NCBI GenBank assembly: GCA_963845065.1
Contig: CAWJQQ010000009.1
Location: 416,001 to 480,000, forward strand
Source of the DNA: Nitrospirota bacterium
GTDB lineage: Bacteria; Nitrospirota; UBA9217
Length of the DNA: 64,000 nt
Direction of reading: 5' to 3'
The notes beneath the pieces are model-generated. The model did no database searches and was not told where the DNA came from. It saw only the letters and a list, made by a program, of their open reading frames with translations. Shown here one piece after another: positions 48,515 through 59,274 of the stretch. Every line of letters starts with the position of its first letter. Position 1 is the first letter of the stretch. The translations under genes and the position numbers were made by a program.

Positions 48515-50239
48515 TCATTCTATAAATGTCACGCGGTTTATCTCCTTGAACGTCGAATCTCCTGCAAAGACCTTGGCGAGCGCGGACTGGCGGAGCGTGG
48601 TCATTCCTTCAGCTATGGCGGCCTTCCGCAATTCCGATGACGGCCGTTTCTCGAGGATCATCTCCCTGATATGGTCGGAGAGGTCAAGGAATTCCGTGAT
48701 GGCCTTTCTGCCTCGGAAACCGGTGTAGTTGCACTCTTTGCACTCGCCGGCCTCATAGAACTGGTGACCCTTGTACTTGTCGTAATCGACAGCCGAATCC
48801 TCGATCTCTTTTCTGGTATGTTTCGCGATCTTTTTGCAATGGGGGCAGAGGAGCCTGACGAGCCTTTGGGCAAGGATGCAGTTCAGCGAGGATACGAAGT
48901 TGTACGGCTCAATTCCCATGTTCAGGAACCGACCGAGCACATCGAAGGCATTATTCGCGTGGACCGTGGTGAAGACCAGGTGGCCGGTCAGCGCGGACTG
49001 CACTGCAATCTGGCCAGTCTCGGCGTCGCGGATCTCGCCGACCATGATTTTGTCCGGATCGTGCCGCAGGATTGAGCGGAGACCTCGGGCGAATGTAAGC
49101 CCCTTCTTTTCATTTACCGGGATTTGAGTTACGCCTCGCAGCTGGTACTCAACAGGATCTTCGATAGTAATGAACTTGTCCTCGCCGGTGTTGATTTCGG
49201 TTATGGCAGCATAGAGTGTCGTAGTCTTACCGCTTCCCGTGGGGCCCGTGACGAGTACCATGCCGTAGGGTTCGCGGATGCTTTTCCTGAACCGCCGGAG
49301 GTCGTTCTCGTCGAACCCAAGGCTTTCGAGCTTGAGCGTGTTGACACCTGCAGCAATGGATTCCTTGTCCAGGATGCGGATGACGACGTCTTCGCCGAAT
49401 GCTGAGGGCAGGATAGAGACACGGAAGTCGATGGTCTTGCCGCCGGTCCTAAGCTTGAACCTGCCGTCCTGGGGCACCCGCCGCTCGGCGATGTCCAGGT
49501 CGCTCATAACCTTGATGCGCGACACAATGGCGTTGTGATACTTGATGTCGATAGGCTCGGTGGCGCTGTACAGTACGCCATCGATACGGTATTTGATCAG
49601 GACGTTTTTGTCCGTGGACTCGATGTGGATGTCGGAGGCCCTGCGCTGTATAGCATCGAAGACGGTAGTGTGCATCAGCTTAATGATAGGGCTCTCGTCC
49701 TTGTCGATGCTTTCTAGCGAGAGAATCTCCTCTCCCTCACCGTTTTCCTGCTCCTTCACGATGTGGAACTTAAAGTCTTCTGACACCGCATGCATGACTT
49801 TCTCCGAGGAGCCGCTTCGCTTCAGAACGGCCTGGATGGCGGAGGGGGTGCCTACATTGATCTCGATCGGTCTGTTCAGAATCATCTCCAACTCGTCGAT
49901 AGCCGGAAGATTATTTGGGTCCGTCATCGCCACGACGAGCATTTCGCCTGCGTCCTCCATAGGCACGAACTGATAACGGTGCATGAGATCTACTTGGATG
50001 GTCTCGAAGAACTTCGATGGAATGCGAAACTCATGCAAATCAACGTAGTTCAATCCACGCTGCTCCGCAAGGGCCTGGGAAAGCATTTCCTCGGTAATCA
50101 GTTTCTGGGCCATGAGGCGTTCGCCGATCCGGAAGTGATGGTCATCAGTCCTCTGCAGGACTTCACTGATCTGTTCCTGGGTCACGACGCCCTTGGCCGA
50201 GAGAATATCTCCCAACCGTCTTCTCCTGTACGATGTCAT
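48515..50239 (-). CDS. gspE: GspE/PilB secretion ATPase
   Basis: RASDIHIE, GPTGSGKTT, LRHDPD, TGHLVFTTVH, tetracysteine motif. Confidence 0.93.
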   Translation of the reverse strand: MTSYRRRRLGDILSAKGVVTQEQISEVLQRTDDHHFRIGERLMAQKLITEEMLSQALAEQRGLNYVDLHEFRIPSKFFETIQVDLMHRYQFVPMEDAGEMLVVAMTDPNNLPAIDELEMILNRPIEINVGTPSAIQAVLKRSGSSEKVMHAVSEDFKFHIVKEQENGEGEEILSLESIDKDESPIIKLMHTTVFDAIQRRASDIHIESTDKNVLIKYRIDGVLYSATEPIDIKYHNAIVSRIKVMSDLDIAERRVPQDGRFKLRTGGKTIDFRVSILPSAFGEDVVIRILDKESIAAGVNTLKLESLGFDENDLRRFRKSIREPYGMVLVTGPTGSGKTTTLYAAITEINTGEDKFITIEDPVEYQLRGVTQIPVNEKKGLTFARGLRSILRHDPDKIMVGEIRDAETGQIAVQSALTGHLVFTTVHANNAFDVLGRFLNMGIEPYNFVSSLNCILAQRLVRLLCPHCKKIAKHTRKEIEDSAVDYDKYKGHQFYEAGECKECNYTGFRGRKAITEFLDLSDHIREMILEKRPSSELRKAAIAEGMTTLRQSALAKVFAGDSTFKEINRVTFIE

Positions 50240-51426
50240 TTTACTTGTGCCCCCATTTCGAATATCGGCAGGTAAAGTGCAACGACGATCACTGCCATGA
50301 CGAGTCCCATAGACAGCATCAGCACGGGCTCGATCAAAGTCGTGAGCGCGGTGAGACGATTCTCGACTTCCTGGTCGTAATAATCGGCAACGTCCTCAAG
50401 CATCAGCGGAAGGTCGCCTGACGACTCACCTACCTCGATCATCCGCACCGTTATATCGGGCGCTACCCGGGTGCGTTCAAACGAAGCAGCGAGGCTTACA
50501 CCCTCGGTTACTAGCATGCGGGCTTCCATCAAGCGCCGCGCCATGACCCGATTGTTGATTACGCCGGCGGTAGTGTCGAGGGCCTGCACCAGCGGAATGC
50601 CGCCCCGGAGCACCGTTGCTAGCGTCCTCGTAATTTGCGCTAACAGGTATTGAGTAATGATCGATTGAATGAGAGGAATCTTCAGTTTGATACTGTCGAG
50701 TGTATTTCTGCCAGCTACTGTTTTTTGCCACGAATAGATGGCCACACCTGCGGCAACGAGACCGGACAGGATATACGGTGTGAATCGCGTTAGGAACCCG
50801 GTAAAGTCGATAAGCAAACTCGTCAAAAAAGGCAGTTTACCCGCCTGATCGCTGTACATCTGGGTAAAGTTCGGAATGACGTAGAGAAAAAAGATTCCCA
50901 GTACGACGACGAGGGCAAGAACAAGAAAAATGGGATAGGCTAGCGACATTTTGAGCTTGGTCATCACAGCAATCATCTTTTTCTGATATGTTATAAAGCG
51001 TATCAACACGTCGACGAGGGCACCGCTTTTTTCTCCTGCCCGCACCGTGGCCGTGTAGAGCTGGGAGAAGTAGGTTGGGTGCTTGGCCATGGCATCGGAA
51101 AGGGACGTACCGCCTTTGATGTCGTGGATGATGTTTTCGAGGGCGGCTCGAAAACCCGGCTTTTCCATTCTTTTTTGCAATATCTCAAGGCCCTGGAGGA
51201 TGGGCAGTCCTGCTTTAACGAGAGTAGAAAATTCCTGATTGAAGAGAAGAAAATCTTTTGCGTTACCCCGGCCTCCCCAGAGGCTCGTCTTTTTTTTATC
51301 GAGGCTCAGAACCAGGTAACCCCTGCCTTCTAGCTCTTGCCGGAGTTCCGCGGCATCGGCGGCCATGGCCTCGTCAGTAAACGACGTGCCGTCCTCGCGA
51401 ACGGCTTTATAGGAGAATAAAGGCAT
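50236..51426 (-). CDS. gspF: GspF/PilC inner-membrane platform protein
   Basis: AGLPILQGL, GEKSG, GESSG, LIEP. Confidence 0.92.
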   Translation of the reverse strand: MPLFSYKAVREDGTSFTDEAMAADAAELRQELEGRGYLVLSLDKKKTSLWGGRGNAKDFLLFNQEFSTLVKAGLPILQGLEILQKRMEKPGFRAALENIIHDIKGGTSLSDAMAKHPTYFSQLYTATVRAGEKSGALVDVLIRFITYQKKMIAVMTKLKMSLAYPIFLVLALVVVLGIFFLYVIPNFTQMYSDQAGKLPFLTSLLIDFTGFLTRFTPYILSGLVAAGVAIYSWQKTVAGRNTLDSIKLKIPLIQSIITQYLLAQITRTLATVLRGGIPLVQALDTTAGVINNRVMARRLMEARMLVTEGVSLAASFERTRVAPDITVRMIEVGESSGDLPLMLEDVADYYDQEVENRLTALTTLIEPVLMLSMGLVMAVIVVALYLPIFEMGAQVK

Positions 51427-51536
51427 GAATGGATAATACCAGATAGGAGATTACTAAGTCAATCAGCCCTTGATTTTTACTGAGGAAGCGGCCTTTTATG
51501 CGCCTCTTGGAAAGAAGGCGGCACGACGATGGATAC

Positions 51537-52604
51537 TCAGGACTTGGGTGTGACCTCTTCCTGCAGGTTTTTCCAGTATTTTTTATGCACATTGACGATC
51601 TGCTGGATCACCTGCACCGCCGTATGGGAAGGTGCAGGTTCCGGCGGGGTTGTCTCCTTACCGAGGAGCGTATTGAGCACAGCCCGAATGCCGTCACGCA
51701 GGCCTTCGGGGTTGTACCCGCCTTCGAGCGTGAGCAGAACCTTGCCGCAGGTCTCTTGTGCGATGTCTTGCACGATTCCGGCAAGTGCACCGAATCCTTC
51801 GCTGGTTACATGCATACCGCCGAGAGGATCCTTGACAAAGGGGTCGAATCCTGCCGAGACGAGGATGAGTTCTGGGCGATATTCGAGGGCGATCGGTCTT
51901 ATGATGCGAGAATAGACATGGACATATTCCGCATCGCCAAATCCCTTCGGGAAGGGCGCGTTCACGGTGAATCCCTCGCCCTTACCGCTTCCGGCCTCAT
52001 TGTAATTTCCCGAGCCGGGGTAATAGGGATATTGATGAGAGGAAAAGAAGAGAACACCCGGGTCATCGTAGAACGCGTGCTGGGTACCGTTGCCGTGATG
52101 CAGGTCCCAATCCACGATGAGAACCCTTTTGAGCCCGTGAATTTTTTTTGCATACACTGCTGCAATTGCCACGTTATTGAAAAGGCAGAACCCCATGCCC
52201 CGTGCGGCCTCTGCGTGGTGTCCTGGCGGGCGGACAAAGGCGAAGATCGAGTTTTGAGCTCGGAGTGTTGTATCTGGAGTTTGGAACAGTGTATCTACGG
52301 CATTAAGCAAACCGCCTGCTGCGAGCCGTGCGATCTCGTAAGACCGGGATGAAAGCCCGGTATCGGAATCAAACTGAGAGTACATCCTGCCTTCGGTGCT
52401 CGCTACCGTCCGGACGTAAAGCGGTTCGTGAACTAGTGCAAGCTCGCTTTCGGTTGCAAGGCGGGGTTGGATCAGCGGGAGGTTGTTGAACTCCCGCTGA
52501 ATGAGGTCGTTAATCACGCGTATGCGGTTCGGGCTTTCAGGATGGCCCTCACCGGCATTGTGTTCCAGGTAACGGTCGTCTTTGATGATAGAGAGTGATG
52601 GCAC
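51537..52604 (-). CDS. Histone deacetylase-family amidohydrolase
   Basis: HPESP, RPPGHHA, GFCLFNN, DWDLHHGNGTQ, LEGGY. Confidence 0.95.
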   Translation of the reverse strand: MPSLSIIKDDRYLEHNAGEGHPESPNRIRVINDLIQREFNNLPLIQPRLATESELALVHEPLYVRTVASTEGRMYSQFDSDTGLSSRSYEIARLAAGGLLNAVDTLFQTPDTTLRAQNSIFAFVRPPGHHAEAARGMGFCLFNNVAIAAVYAKKIHGLKRVLIVDWDLHHGNGTQHAFYDDPGVLFFSSHQYPYYPGSGNYNEAGSGKGEGFTVNAPFPKGFGDAEYVHVYSRIIRPIALEYRPELILVSAGFDPFVKDPLGGMHVTSEGFGALAGIVQDIAQETCGKVLLTLEGGYNPEGLRDGIRAVLNTLLGKETTPPEPAPSHTAVQVIQQIVNVHKKYWKNLQEEVTPKS

Positions 52605-52678
52605 TTTTGAGCACGAAACGGTGAACCCGTGAAAAGATCGTTTCCCCGCTTCGTTTTTCTCCGATTCTCAATACATTC

Positions 52679-53206
52679 TTACATCTGATCCTTTTTTCTT
52701 GCAATAATCTGTGGCCCCGCAGTCTTGTAATTTACTACATTGAGCGAATCGAGCCATGCTTGCAATGCTGGCGGGCTCGGCAGTTTTTCGGGCATTTTTG
52801 CATCCGGTGCACAGACATACAGGACTGTTTTGACCAAGTCGATAACGCTGAATTCGAGGGCCTCCTGAATATTCCGGGGAGACCCTTTCATGACAATCAT
52901 ATTCTCGCGGTACCATCCGTCTCCTTGGGGTGTGATGGAACCACAGTCGTTCCCTTCGTAAGACTTGGTCAGGAAATTATTTTTGAGCGCGAACCCGGAG
53001 ACATCCGCACGCATCTGTTGCAAGCCTTTAAAAGCCGGGTTCGAACAAATACCGGCCTTGCCCCAGCAGATAGGGTCAAAACGTGTCGTATTGATCCCGC
53101 AGCAATAGAGGTATGTCTGGGGGCCCAACTCAGGTGTCTGCCGAATGACAATGTAGAGATAATCGTTTTTATACTCATGGGAGCGTACTGTTTGTGGTGT
53201 ATTCAT
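52679..53206 (-). CDS. Hypothetical protein
   Basis: Fills the gap in a co-oriented gene run; no recognised motif; start uncertain. Confidence 0.55.
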   Translation of the reverse strand: MNTPQTVRSHEYKNDYLYIVIRQTPELGPQTYLYCCGINTTRFDPICWGKAGICSNPAFKGLQQMRADVSGFALKNNFLTKSYEGNDCGSITPQGDGWYRENMIVMKGSPRNIQEALEFSVIDLVKTVLYVCAPDAKMPEKLPSPPALQAWLDSLNVVNYKTAGPQIIARKKDQM

Positions 53207-53320
53207 GGTGGATGCCTTTCTGCCATGTATCATGGAACAATAATAGCTGGCGCTTAGTCGCGGCATGTGCACCTATAGAGTGCTCGCGTTTTGTTTCCCG
53301 TCGTTGTGAGTGTAGCTCTG

Positions 53321-53662
53321 CTATCGGGTCCTCGACGCCTTCTTCTTTTTCTTTTTTTTATGCTTGGCCGAAGAAGATTTTTTCTTAACCGCTGGCTTCG
53401 CCTTGGGTTTGGATTCACACTGCTGGAGTTTTTTCTTGAGGTCATCGGTCATCTGGTTCTGATCTTTGAGTAGCTGTTCCAGCTTCGCGTTGTCCTGCTT
53501 CAGCGAATCAAGGTCCTGTCTGGCTGCATCTCGTTCCGATCTTGCTTTATTGGCCGCATACAGGCTCCAAATCAGCAGGATCGTTACGATCGCTGCGAGT
53601 GTAAGAAATATGAGCTTCGCCTTTTGTTTATCCTCATTGTCACTCCTCTCCGGTCTATCCAT
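53321..53662 (-). CDS. Membrane-anchored coiled-coil protein with Lys-rich tail
   Basis: GGAGG RBS; single TM; heptads; KHKKKKKKK. Confidence 0.75.
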   Translation of the reverse strand: MDRPERSDNEDKQKAKLIFLTLAAIVTILLIWSLYAANKARSERDAARQDLDSLKQDNAKLEQLLKDQNQMTDDLKKKLQQCESKPKAKPAVKKKSSSAKHKKKKKKKASRTR

Positions 53663-53702
53663 GTATTTCTTATTCCCTCCTTCTCAGTATTCGGATGTAT
53701 GA

Positions 53703-54212
53703 TTATTGATATCGTTTCACTTCAAACCGGTATAACTCTACGGGGGTCCCGGGTAAAATACCTGCTTTTTGCATGGCGATGTTGACCTGGTAGTCCACAG
53801 TATTTACACCTTCGAGATCTGGTAGAAGCAGTCCCCGTTTTCTGCCTGCCTGCACAATGACCCCGTATTTCCGGGGGTTGAGATCGTCTTTACTCGTGAC
53901 CTTCTCAGGAGGCGTGAGCACATCAACGGTGTATTCGATCGTTGCCAATTCGTCCGCTTGCACGCACTCGAAACGTGGATCGCAGGTTGCTGCGCTGATT
54001 GCATTTCGTACTGTTTCGTGTGCGATCGTCGGTTCGACAGGCTGGAACGTCCCGATGCATCCACGGAGATTCCCTTTGATCTTGAGGCAAATGAACACCC
54101 CGGCGCGTTGTTTGAGATCCGCGGCAAGGTCCTTTTCCTTGACTTCGGTGATCCTGCCTTCACGGATGTACAACTCGACAGTGTCTTTTGCAAGCTTGAC
54201 GAGGGGATGCAT
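53703..54212 (-). CDS. AMMECR1-domain protein
   Basis: LRGCIGT, DPRF, GLLLPDL. Confidence 0.93.
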   Translation of the reverse strand: MHPLVKLAKDTVELYIREGRITEVKEKDLAADLKQRAGVFICLKIKGNLRGCIGTFQPVEPTIAHETVRNAISAATCDPRFECVQADELATIEYTVDVLTPPEKVTSKDDLNPRKYGVIVQAGRKRGLLLPDLEGVNTVDYQVNIAMQKAGILPGTPVELYRFEVKRYQ

Positions 54213-55195
54213 TACGTCTCCCGCTGCACCACATAGTCTGCGAGCGTCATAAGCGCTTGGCGCGTCGCCGAGTCGGGAAACACTGCAAGGGACGCTTTGG
54301 CTTCGTTTGAAAGCGCTTGGGCCACGCTGAGCGCTTCATCGACTGCCCCATACTTTTCCATAAGTCTCAGCGTATAGGTGAGGTCCCCGTCAGAGACGGT
54401 ATCGGTCTCAAGAATGCTTCTGATGTACTCCCGCTCTTCCTCTCCGGCCCTTCGGATGACATAAATGAGCGGAAGGGTAACTTTCCCCTCATTGAGGTCC
54501 TTTCCCAGGACCTTGCCGAGCTGTTTCTGGTCTGCGGAGTAGTCAAGAGTGTCGTCGGTGATCTGGAAGGCAAGACCAATCTTTTTCCCGTAAGCGGTGA
54601 GGGCATCCTCCTGCGACAGGGGGGCCTTGCTGATAATTGCTCCGAGCCTGCACGCAGCGGAGATGAGTACACCGGTCTTGCATTCGACCAGCCGGAAATA
54701 GTCCGCCTCAATGATCTCCGCATTTTGGATCTGCATGAGCTGGAGCACTTCGCCTTCGGACATCGTGGTCGTAGTCTCCGAAAGAACATCCATTACACGC
54801 TGGTTCTGGAGCCGTACCGCGTGGTAGAGGGCTTTGGAATAGAGGTAGTCTCCGACGAGGATGCTCGCCTGGTTTCCCCACAGCGAGTTGGCCGATGATC
54901 GGCCGCGTCGGATCTTGGCTTCATCTACGACGTCATCGTGAAGGAGTGAAGCTGTATGAATGTATTCCACCACGCTTCCGAGAATATATTCCGCGTTGTG
55001 TTCCCGGTAACCGCAGAGCCGGGACGAAAGGAGTAGCAGCAGAGGTCGGAACCGCTTGCCACCTGCTCCGAGGATGTATTTGCTTACTTGCTGGATGAGA
55101 GGAACGTCGGTGCCGAGGCTCTCATGGATCCTGTGCTCCATGCGTTCCATATCAGATTTATACTCTTTGAGGACGTCCTGAAGGGTCGTTAGCAT
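54212..55195 (-). CDS. ispB: Polyprenyl diphosphate synthase
   Basis: GGKRFRP, LLHDDVVD...RRG, FQITDDTLD. Confidence 0.92.
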   Translation of the reverse strand: MLTTLQDVLKEYKSDMERMEHRIHESLGTDVPLIQQVSKYILGAGGKRFRPLLLLLSSRLCGYREHNAEYILGSVVEYIHTASLLHDDVVDEAKIRRGRSSANSLWGNQASILVGDYLYSKALYHAVRLQNQRVMDVLSETTTTMSEGEVLQLMQIQNAEIIEADYFRLVECKTGVLISAACRLGAIISKAPLSQEDALTAYGKKIGLAFQITDDTLDYSADQKQLGKVLGKDLNEGKVTLPLIYVIRRAGEEEREYIRSILETDTVSDGDLTYTLRLMEKYGAVDEALSVAQALSNEAKASLAVFPDSATRQALMTLADYVVQRET

Positions 55196-55392
55196 TCGGT
55201 TTTTCCTGATACGAATCTTATTGAATAATAGGGGAGATGTGCAGTATTGTCAAGGTTTTTTGTGGCGTGGAGAAGGGGATCCCGCAGGTCCCTAGGGCAG
55301 GACGTACGGATAACTCGGGAATTCCTCTCCTGATTAAAATTATGCGATCAGGAAGTAATCCGAGCAGCGTAGTCGTCTGTGGTCGTTTTTTT

Positions 55393-56376
55393 TTAAAGCT
55401 TCATCGCCTCGATCACTTCGACCAGTGTCTTCTGCGCCATGACGCGCGCCTTGAGGGAACCTTGAGCGATGATTTCAGCGACCTTCTCCGGATGGGCTGC
55501 GAGTTCCCTCCGTCGTTCCTGAATGGGCTTAAGATAAGCAAGGAGATGCTTCAGCAGTTCCTTCTTATCATCAACGCACCCTATGCCTGCCCTCCGGCAT
55601 TCTACATTAACATGGTCGCACCATTCTTTGGTTGCGAAGATTTTATCGAGTGTGAACAGAGGGCAGATATCGGGATTGCCCGGGTCTTGACGCCGTACGC
55701 GGGCAGGGTCTGTTACCATCTGCATGACTTTTTTTGTGATTTCCTCGGGGCTGTCGGACAAATAGATACAGTTGTTATAACTTTTGCTCATCTTGCGGCC
55801 ATCGGTCCCCGGAAGCTTTGGATATTCGGTCATGAGCGGCTGGGGCTCAGGGAAGACCTCTCCATACAACTGATCGAACCTGCGGCCGATCTCACGTGTC
55901 AGTTCCAGGTGCGGGAGTTGATCAATGCCAACAGGCACGAAGTGCGCTTTGTATATCAAGATGTCAGCCGCTTGTAGCACGGGGTAGCCCAAAAAACCGT
56001 AGGTATTCAAGTCCTTGTCCTGAATCTGCTCCATTTTTTCCTTGTACGTGGGCACGCGTTCAAGCCAGGGGAGTGGAGTAGACATGGACAGTAGCACGTG
56101 GAGCACGGCATGCTCCGGCACAAAAGACTGCCGGAACAGCACGACCCTATCAGGATCGAGACCTGCCGCGAGCCAGTCTATTACCATTTCATGGATATAG
56201 GTTCGGATTTTGGATGTGTCGGCGTAGTTCGTGGTAAGAGCGTGCCAGTCGGCGATGAAATAGTAACACTCGTACTGGTCCTGGAGTTTTCGCCAGTTGT
56301 CCAGGGCGCCCATGAGGTTTCCAAGGTGAAGTAGTCCGCTTGGCTGCATGCCGCTTAATACGCGTTTTTTTGACAT
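55393..56376 (-). CDS. trpS: Tryptophanyl-tRNA synthetase
   Basis: HLGN, YPVLQAADIL, KMSKS. Confidence 0.97.
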   Translation of the reverse strand: MSKKRVLSGMQPSGLLHLGNLMGALDNWRKLQDQYECYYFIADWHALTTNYADTSKIRTYIHEMVIDWLAAGLDPDRVVLFRQSFVPEHAVLHVLLSMSTPLPWLERVPTYKEKMEQIQDKDLNTYGFLGYPVLQAADILIYKAHFVPVGIDQLPHLELTREIGRRFDQLYGEVFPEPQPLMTEYPKLPGTDGRKMSKSYNNCIYLSDSPEEITKKVMQMVTDPARVRRQDPGNPDICPLFTLDKIFATKEWCDHVNVECRRAGIGCVDDKKELLKHLLAYLKPIQERRRELAAHPEKVAEIIAQGSLKARVMAQKTLVEVIEAMKL

Positions 56377-56467
56377 ACGATAATCCTTAACGAGGGGGGT
56401 CAGGAGTCAGGGAAAGGGGATAGGGAAAAGGGATTTGTCGCAATTAACCCGGACCCAGAACCCACCT

Positions 56468-57145
56468 TCACATAATATCCCCGCCCAGAAGCAGCGTCAG
56501 GATTGGCCGGATGATCGGCATTATGATCTGGCCGAGAATATTGGTGGCCATAAGAAGAATGAGTATGATTAGGCCATACCGTTCAAGCCTGTAGTATGCC
56601 TTTGCATACGTATCCGGAAGGATCCAATAGACTATTCTGCTTCCATCAAGCGGTGGAATCGGAATCAAGTTGAGTATCGCGAGAACGACGTTGATTTCAA
56701 CGCCGACGATAAACATCAAAGAGAGAGGCGTGGCGATCCATTCCCATGCCTGCTTGGGTAGGGAGCTTTCTATCGCAGGCATGACGACTTTCAGGAGGAA
56801 TGAGCAAGAAATTGCCATGACGATGTTGATGCCCGGACCAGCAATAGAAGAAATCGCCATACCTTTTTTGGGGTCCCTGAAATTGTGGGGATTAATCGGT
56901 ACAGGCTTGGCATAGCCGAACACCATCATGCCATTTGTGAGAAAAAAGAGGAGTAGCGGCATGATGACGGTTCCGAAAAGATCAATATGGGGTATAGGGT
57001 TCAACGTTAGTCTGCCCATATCCCGCGCCGTATGGTCGCCTAGCTTGTTTGCGATCCACCCGTGCGCCACTTCGTGCAGTACGATGGCGAAGATGACCGG
57101 CGGGGCCATGATGATTATTTTCTGTACAGTATTAAGTTCATCCAT
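56468..57145 (-). CDS. Site-2 protease (M50)
   Basis: HEVAH, NLIPIPPLDG. Confidence 0.93.
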   Translation of the reverse strand: MDELNTVQKIIIMAPPVIFAIVLHEVAHGWIANKLGDHTARDMGRLTLNPIPHIDLFGTVIMPLLLFFLTNGMMVFGYAKPVPINPHNFRDPKKGMAISSIAGPGINIVMAISCSFLLKVVMPAIESSLPKQAWEWIATPLSLMFIVGVEINVVLAILNLIPIPPLDGSRIVYWILPDTYAKAYYRLERYGLIILILLMATNILGQIIMPIIRPILTLLLGGDIM

Positions 57146-57231
57146 GGTTTCTTCTCTTATAATCGAAGCTGAAGCGGAGTTTGATACTAAAAGAAACAGC
57201 AATGCTCCTTGTCAAAAAAAACAGGGAAAGG

Positions 57232-59160
57232 TCATTCTTTTGATATGCTATAAGGCAGGAATTTCCCGTCCTGGACCTCGATCAGAAAGAGTTTTTTTTG
57301 TGCTTCTCCATTGCCGGGAAATGAGATATCTCCGGAAATACCGTGATAATTTTTGAGCGCAAGCAGGCCGTCCCGGATAAGCTGTGACGTGTCCTTGTGG
57401 TCTTTGATCAGAGAAAACACCATGGCTGCTGCGTCATAAGCCTGGGCAGATAGAATATCGGGTTCCTCATGGTAAGCTGAACGGTAGGCGTCCCAGATCG
57501 GTTTGATGGTAGGATCTTCGCTTTCGGGAAAAAATCCGTCCACGAATACTGCACCGTTGGCATAGCGCTGGGCGCGTTCGATCAAATCCGGAGAGTGCCA
57601 GTTGTTCGAACCGACCATTGTCACATTCATGATATTGTAAAAAGCGAGCTGAGGAATCAGCAGACCGACGCGTCCGGCATAACCAGGAAGATACATCGCG
57701 TCGAAGCTTGGTGTATAATCCTGAAAGAGTTTTTTTCGCTCGGCATCATCGTCCGGGATGGGTACCTTCCGGGAGCGTAGATCGATTTCCATAATTTTTC
57801 TTATATACGGTCCGAAGTCCTTAACGTCCGAAGGATAAGAAACATTTGCCAGGATCTCGGCTTTTTGCTCGAGGTCCATGGCAAATAGCCGGCTCAGGTC
57901 CTTCCCGTAGGCGTCATCGGGATAAAGAATCACGAATTTTTTCAGATTCAGCCCAAGCGCAAAGCTTGCAGCAGCAGCGGCCTGGCTTGAGTTTGTAAGA
58001 GCGTTTCTGAAAAGCCAAGGACTGAGTTTGCCAATGTCCTCTCCCGAAGCCGCTGGAGTGATCACCGGGATTTTCAATTTATCGAGTTCGGGAACGATGG
58101 CTTCCGTTTCCTTGGTTAACAGAGGGCCTATTACCGCAATGACGCCTTTGGACGCGAATTCCTTCAGTGCCTCAACCGCCTTTTCTGGAGAACCTTCGGT
58201 GTCTTTTATCAGGAGTTCTACACGGTTGTCCGGTTCTTGGATATTATATTCATGTACAGCGAGCTGGACGCCTTTCAGCACATGGTCGCCGAAAAAGGCA
58301 AGCTGGCCAGACTGCGGTATGAGCACTCCTATAAAATACCTCGGGGCCGTTAGATCGATCATGGCTTCGTTGAGTAGCATTTCTGCACGCGCCTTTTCAG
58401 GATGGTTCGGGAACTTGTCGAGAAAGTCCTTGCTGATCCTGATGGCGTCTTGGTACTGCCGGTGTTCGATCAAAAGGCCAGCCAAACGCAATAGGGCGAT
58501 GTCGGAGGGATAAGAAGTATCGGTCGCCAACGCCTTCAACTCATCTGCGGAAAGATTTTTCTCGATGATCTCGCGAACTTGATCACGGTAACCAGCCTTC
58601 TGCTGCTCGTTCTCGCTTGTTGAGGCGAGATAGGCAAGTTCTTTGGCTGCCGGCAGATAGTCCTTTTTTGCAAGGTACGCGACGGAGAGCATCTCCGAAA
58701 TGTGCCTGAGTTGAGCGGGATCGGTTACCTTACTGCGGTCCGCCAGGTTGGCAATGGCGAGTTCATAGTCCTTCAGTTCGAAATAGCACTGACCGAGTTT
58801 ATACCGGGCGGACAGTATGAATGGTGATGCGGGGAACTCAAGGATGAGTTCCTTATAGTAAGTGAGAGCACTCTCGTACTCGCGTTTCACGAGTCGCACG
58901 TCGCCCATGAGGAAAAGCACGCGGTCACGGTAACGGCTCGTGGGATACTGGTACATGAAAGTGTCCGCGGTTTTTAGGGCCAGGTCATATTGTTTCTTGG
59001 CGAAAAAACCGTTTGCCTGATCAACGAGCGTACGAGCGTTCTTTTCCCATGCCGGTTCAGGAGAAATTTTAGGTGCGCAACCGGTTGACAGCACAAGGGC
59101 TGAACCGAGTAGTGCCAGCAGGATGATGGCAAGGACAGATCTGACGTGGGGGGAGGGCAT
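57232..59160 (-). CDS. Lipoprotein with TPRs and periplasmic-binding domain (LpoA-like)
   Basis: STGC lipobox; TPR helices; IGPLL, AQAYDA. Confidence 0.8.
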   Translation of the reverse strand: MPSPHVRSVLAIILLALLGSALVLSTGCAPKISPEPAWEKNARTLVDQANGFFAKKQYDLALKTADTFMYQYPTSRYRDRVLFLMGDVRLVKREYESALTYYKELILEFPASPFILSARYKLGQCYFELKDYELAIANLADRSKVTDPAQLRHISEMLSVAYLAKKDYLPAAKELAYLASTSENEQQKAGYRDQVREIIEKNLSADELKALATDTSYPSDIALLRLAGLLIEHRQYQDAIRISKDFLDKFPNHPEKARAEMLLNEAMIDLTAPRYFIGVLIPQSGQLAFFGDHVLKGVQLAVHEYNIQEPDNRVELLIKDTEGSPEKAVEALKEFASKGVIAVIGPLLTKETEAIVPELDKLKIPVITPAASGEDIGKLSPWLFRNALTNSSQAAAAASFALGLNLKKFVILYPDDAYGKDLSRLFAMDLEQKAEILANVSYPSDVKDFGPYIRKIMEIDLRSRKVPIPDDDAERKKLFQDYTPSFDAMYLPGYAGRVGLLIPQLAFYNIMNVTMVGSNNWHSPDLIERAQRYANGAVFVDGFFPESEDPTIKPIWDAYRSAYHEEPDILSAQAYDAAAMVFSLIKDHKDTSQLIRDGLLALKNYHGISGDISFPGNGEAQKKLFLIEVQDGKFLPYSISKE

Positions 59161-59163
59161 CGC

Positions 59164-59274
59164 TTATTTTCCTTTTTTAGCCGCCGCATCAGCCTTGGCT
59201 GTTTTGCGTCTGGTCCGCAGGGTCTCTTCCTTGCGTTTCCGCCTTCGACTCAATTCTTTTTGCCTTTCACGCAT
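59164..59274 (-). CDS. Small basic protein (36 aa), below the ORF-track cutoff
   Basis: AAGGAG RBS; MRERQKELSRRRKRKEETLRTRRKTAKADAAAKKGK*; stop 3 nt before the next start. Confidence 0.7.
   Translation of the reverse strand: MRERQKELSRRRKRKEETLRTRRKTAKADAAAKKGK

Noticed and set aside
51498..55977. Long plus-strand ORFs 51498..52352, 54317..54898 and 55237..55977
   Set aside because: Antisense to the deacetylase, ispB and trpS.
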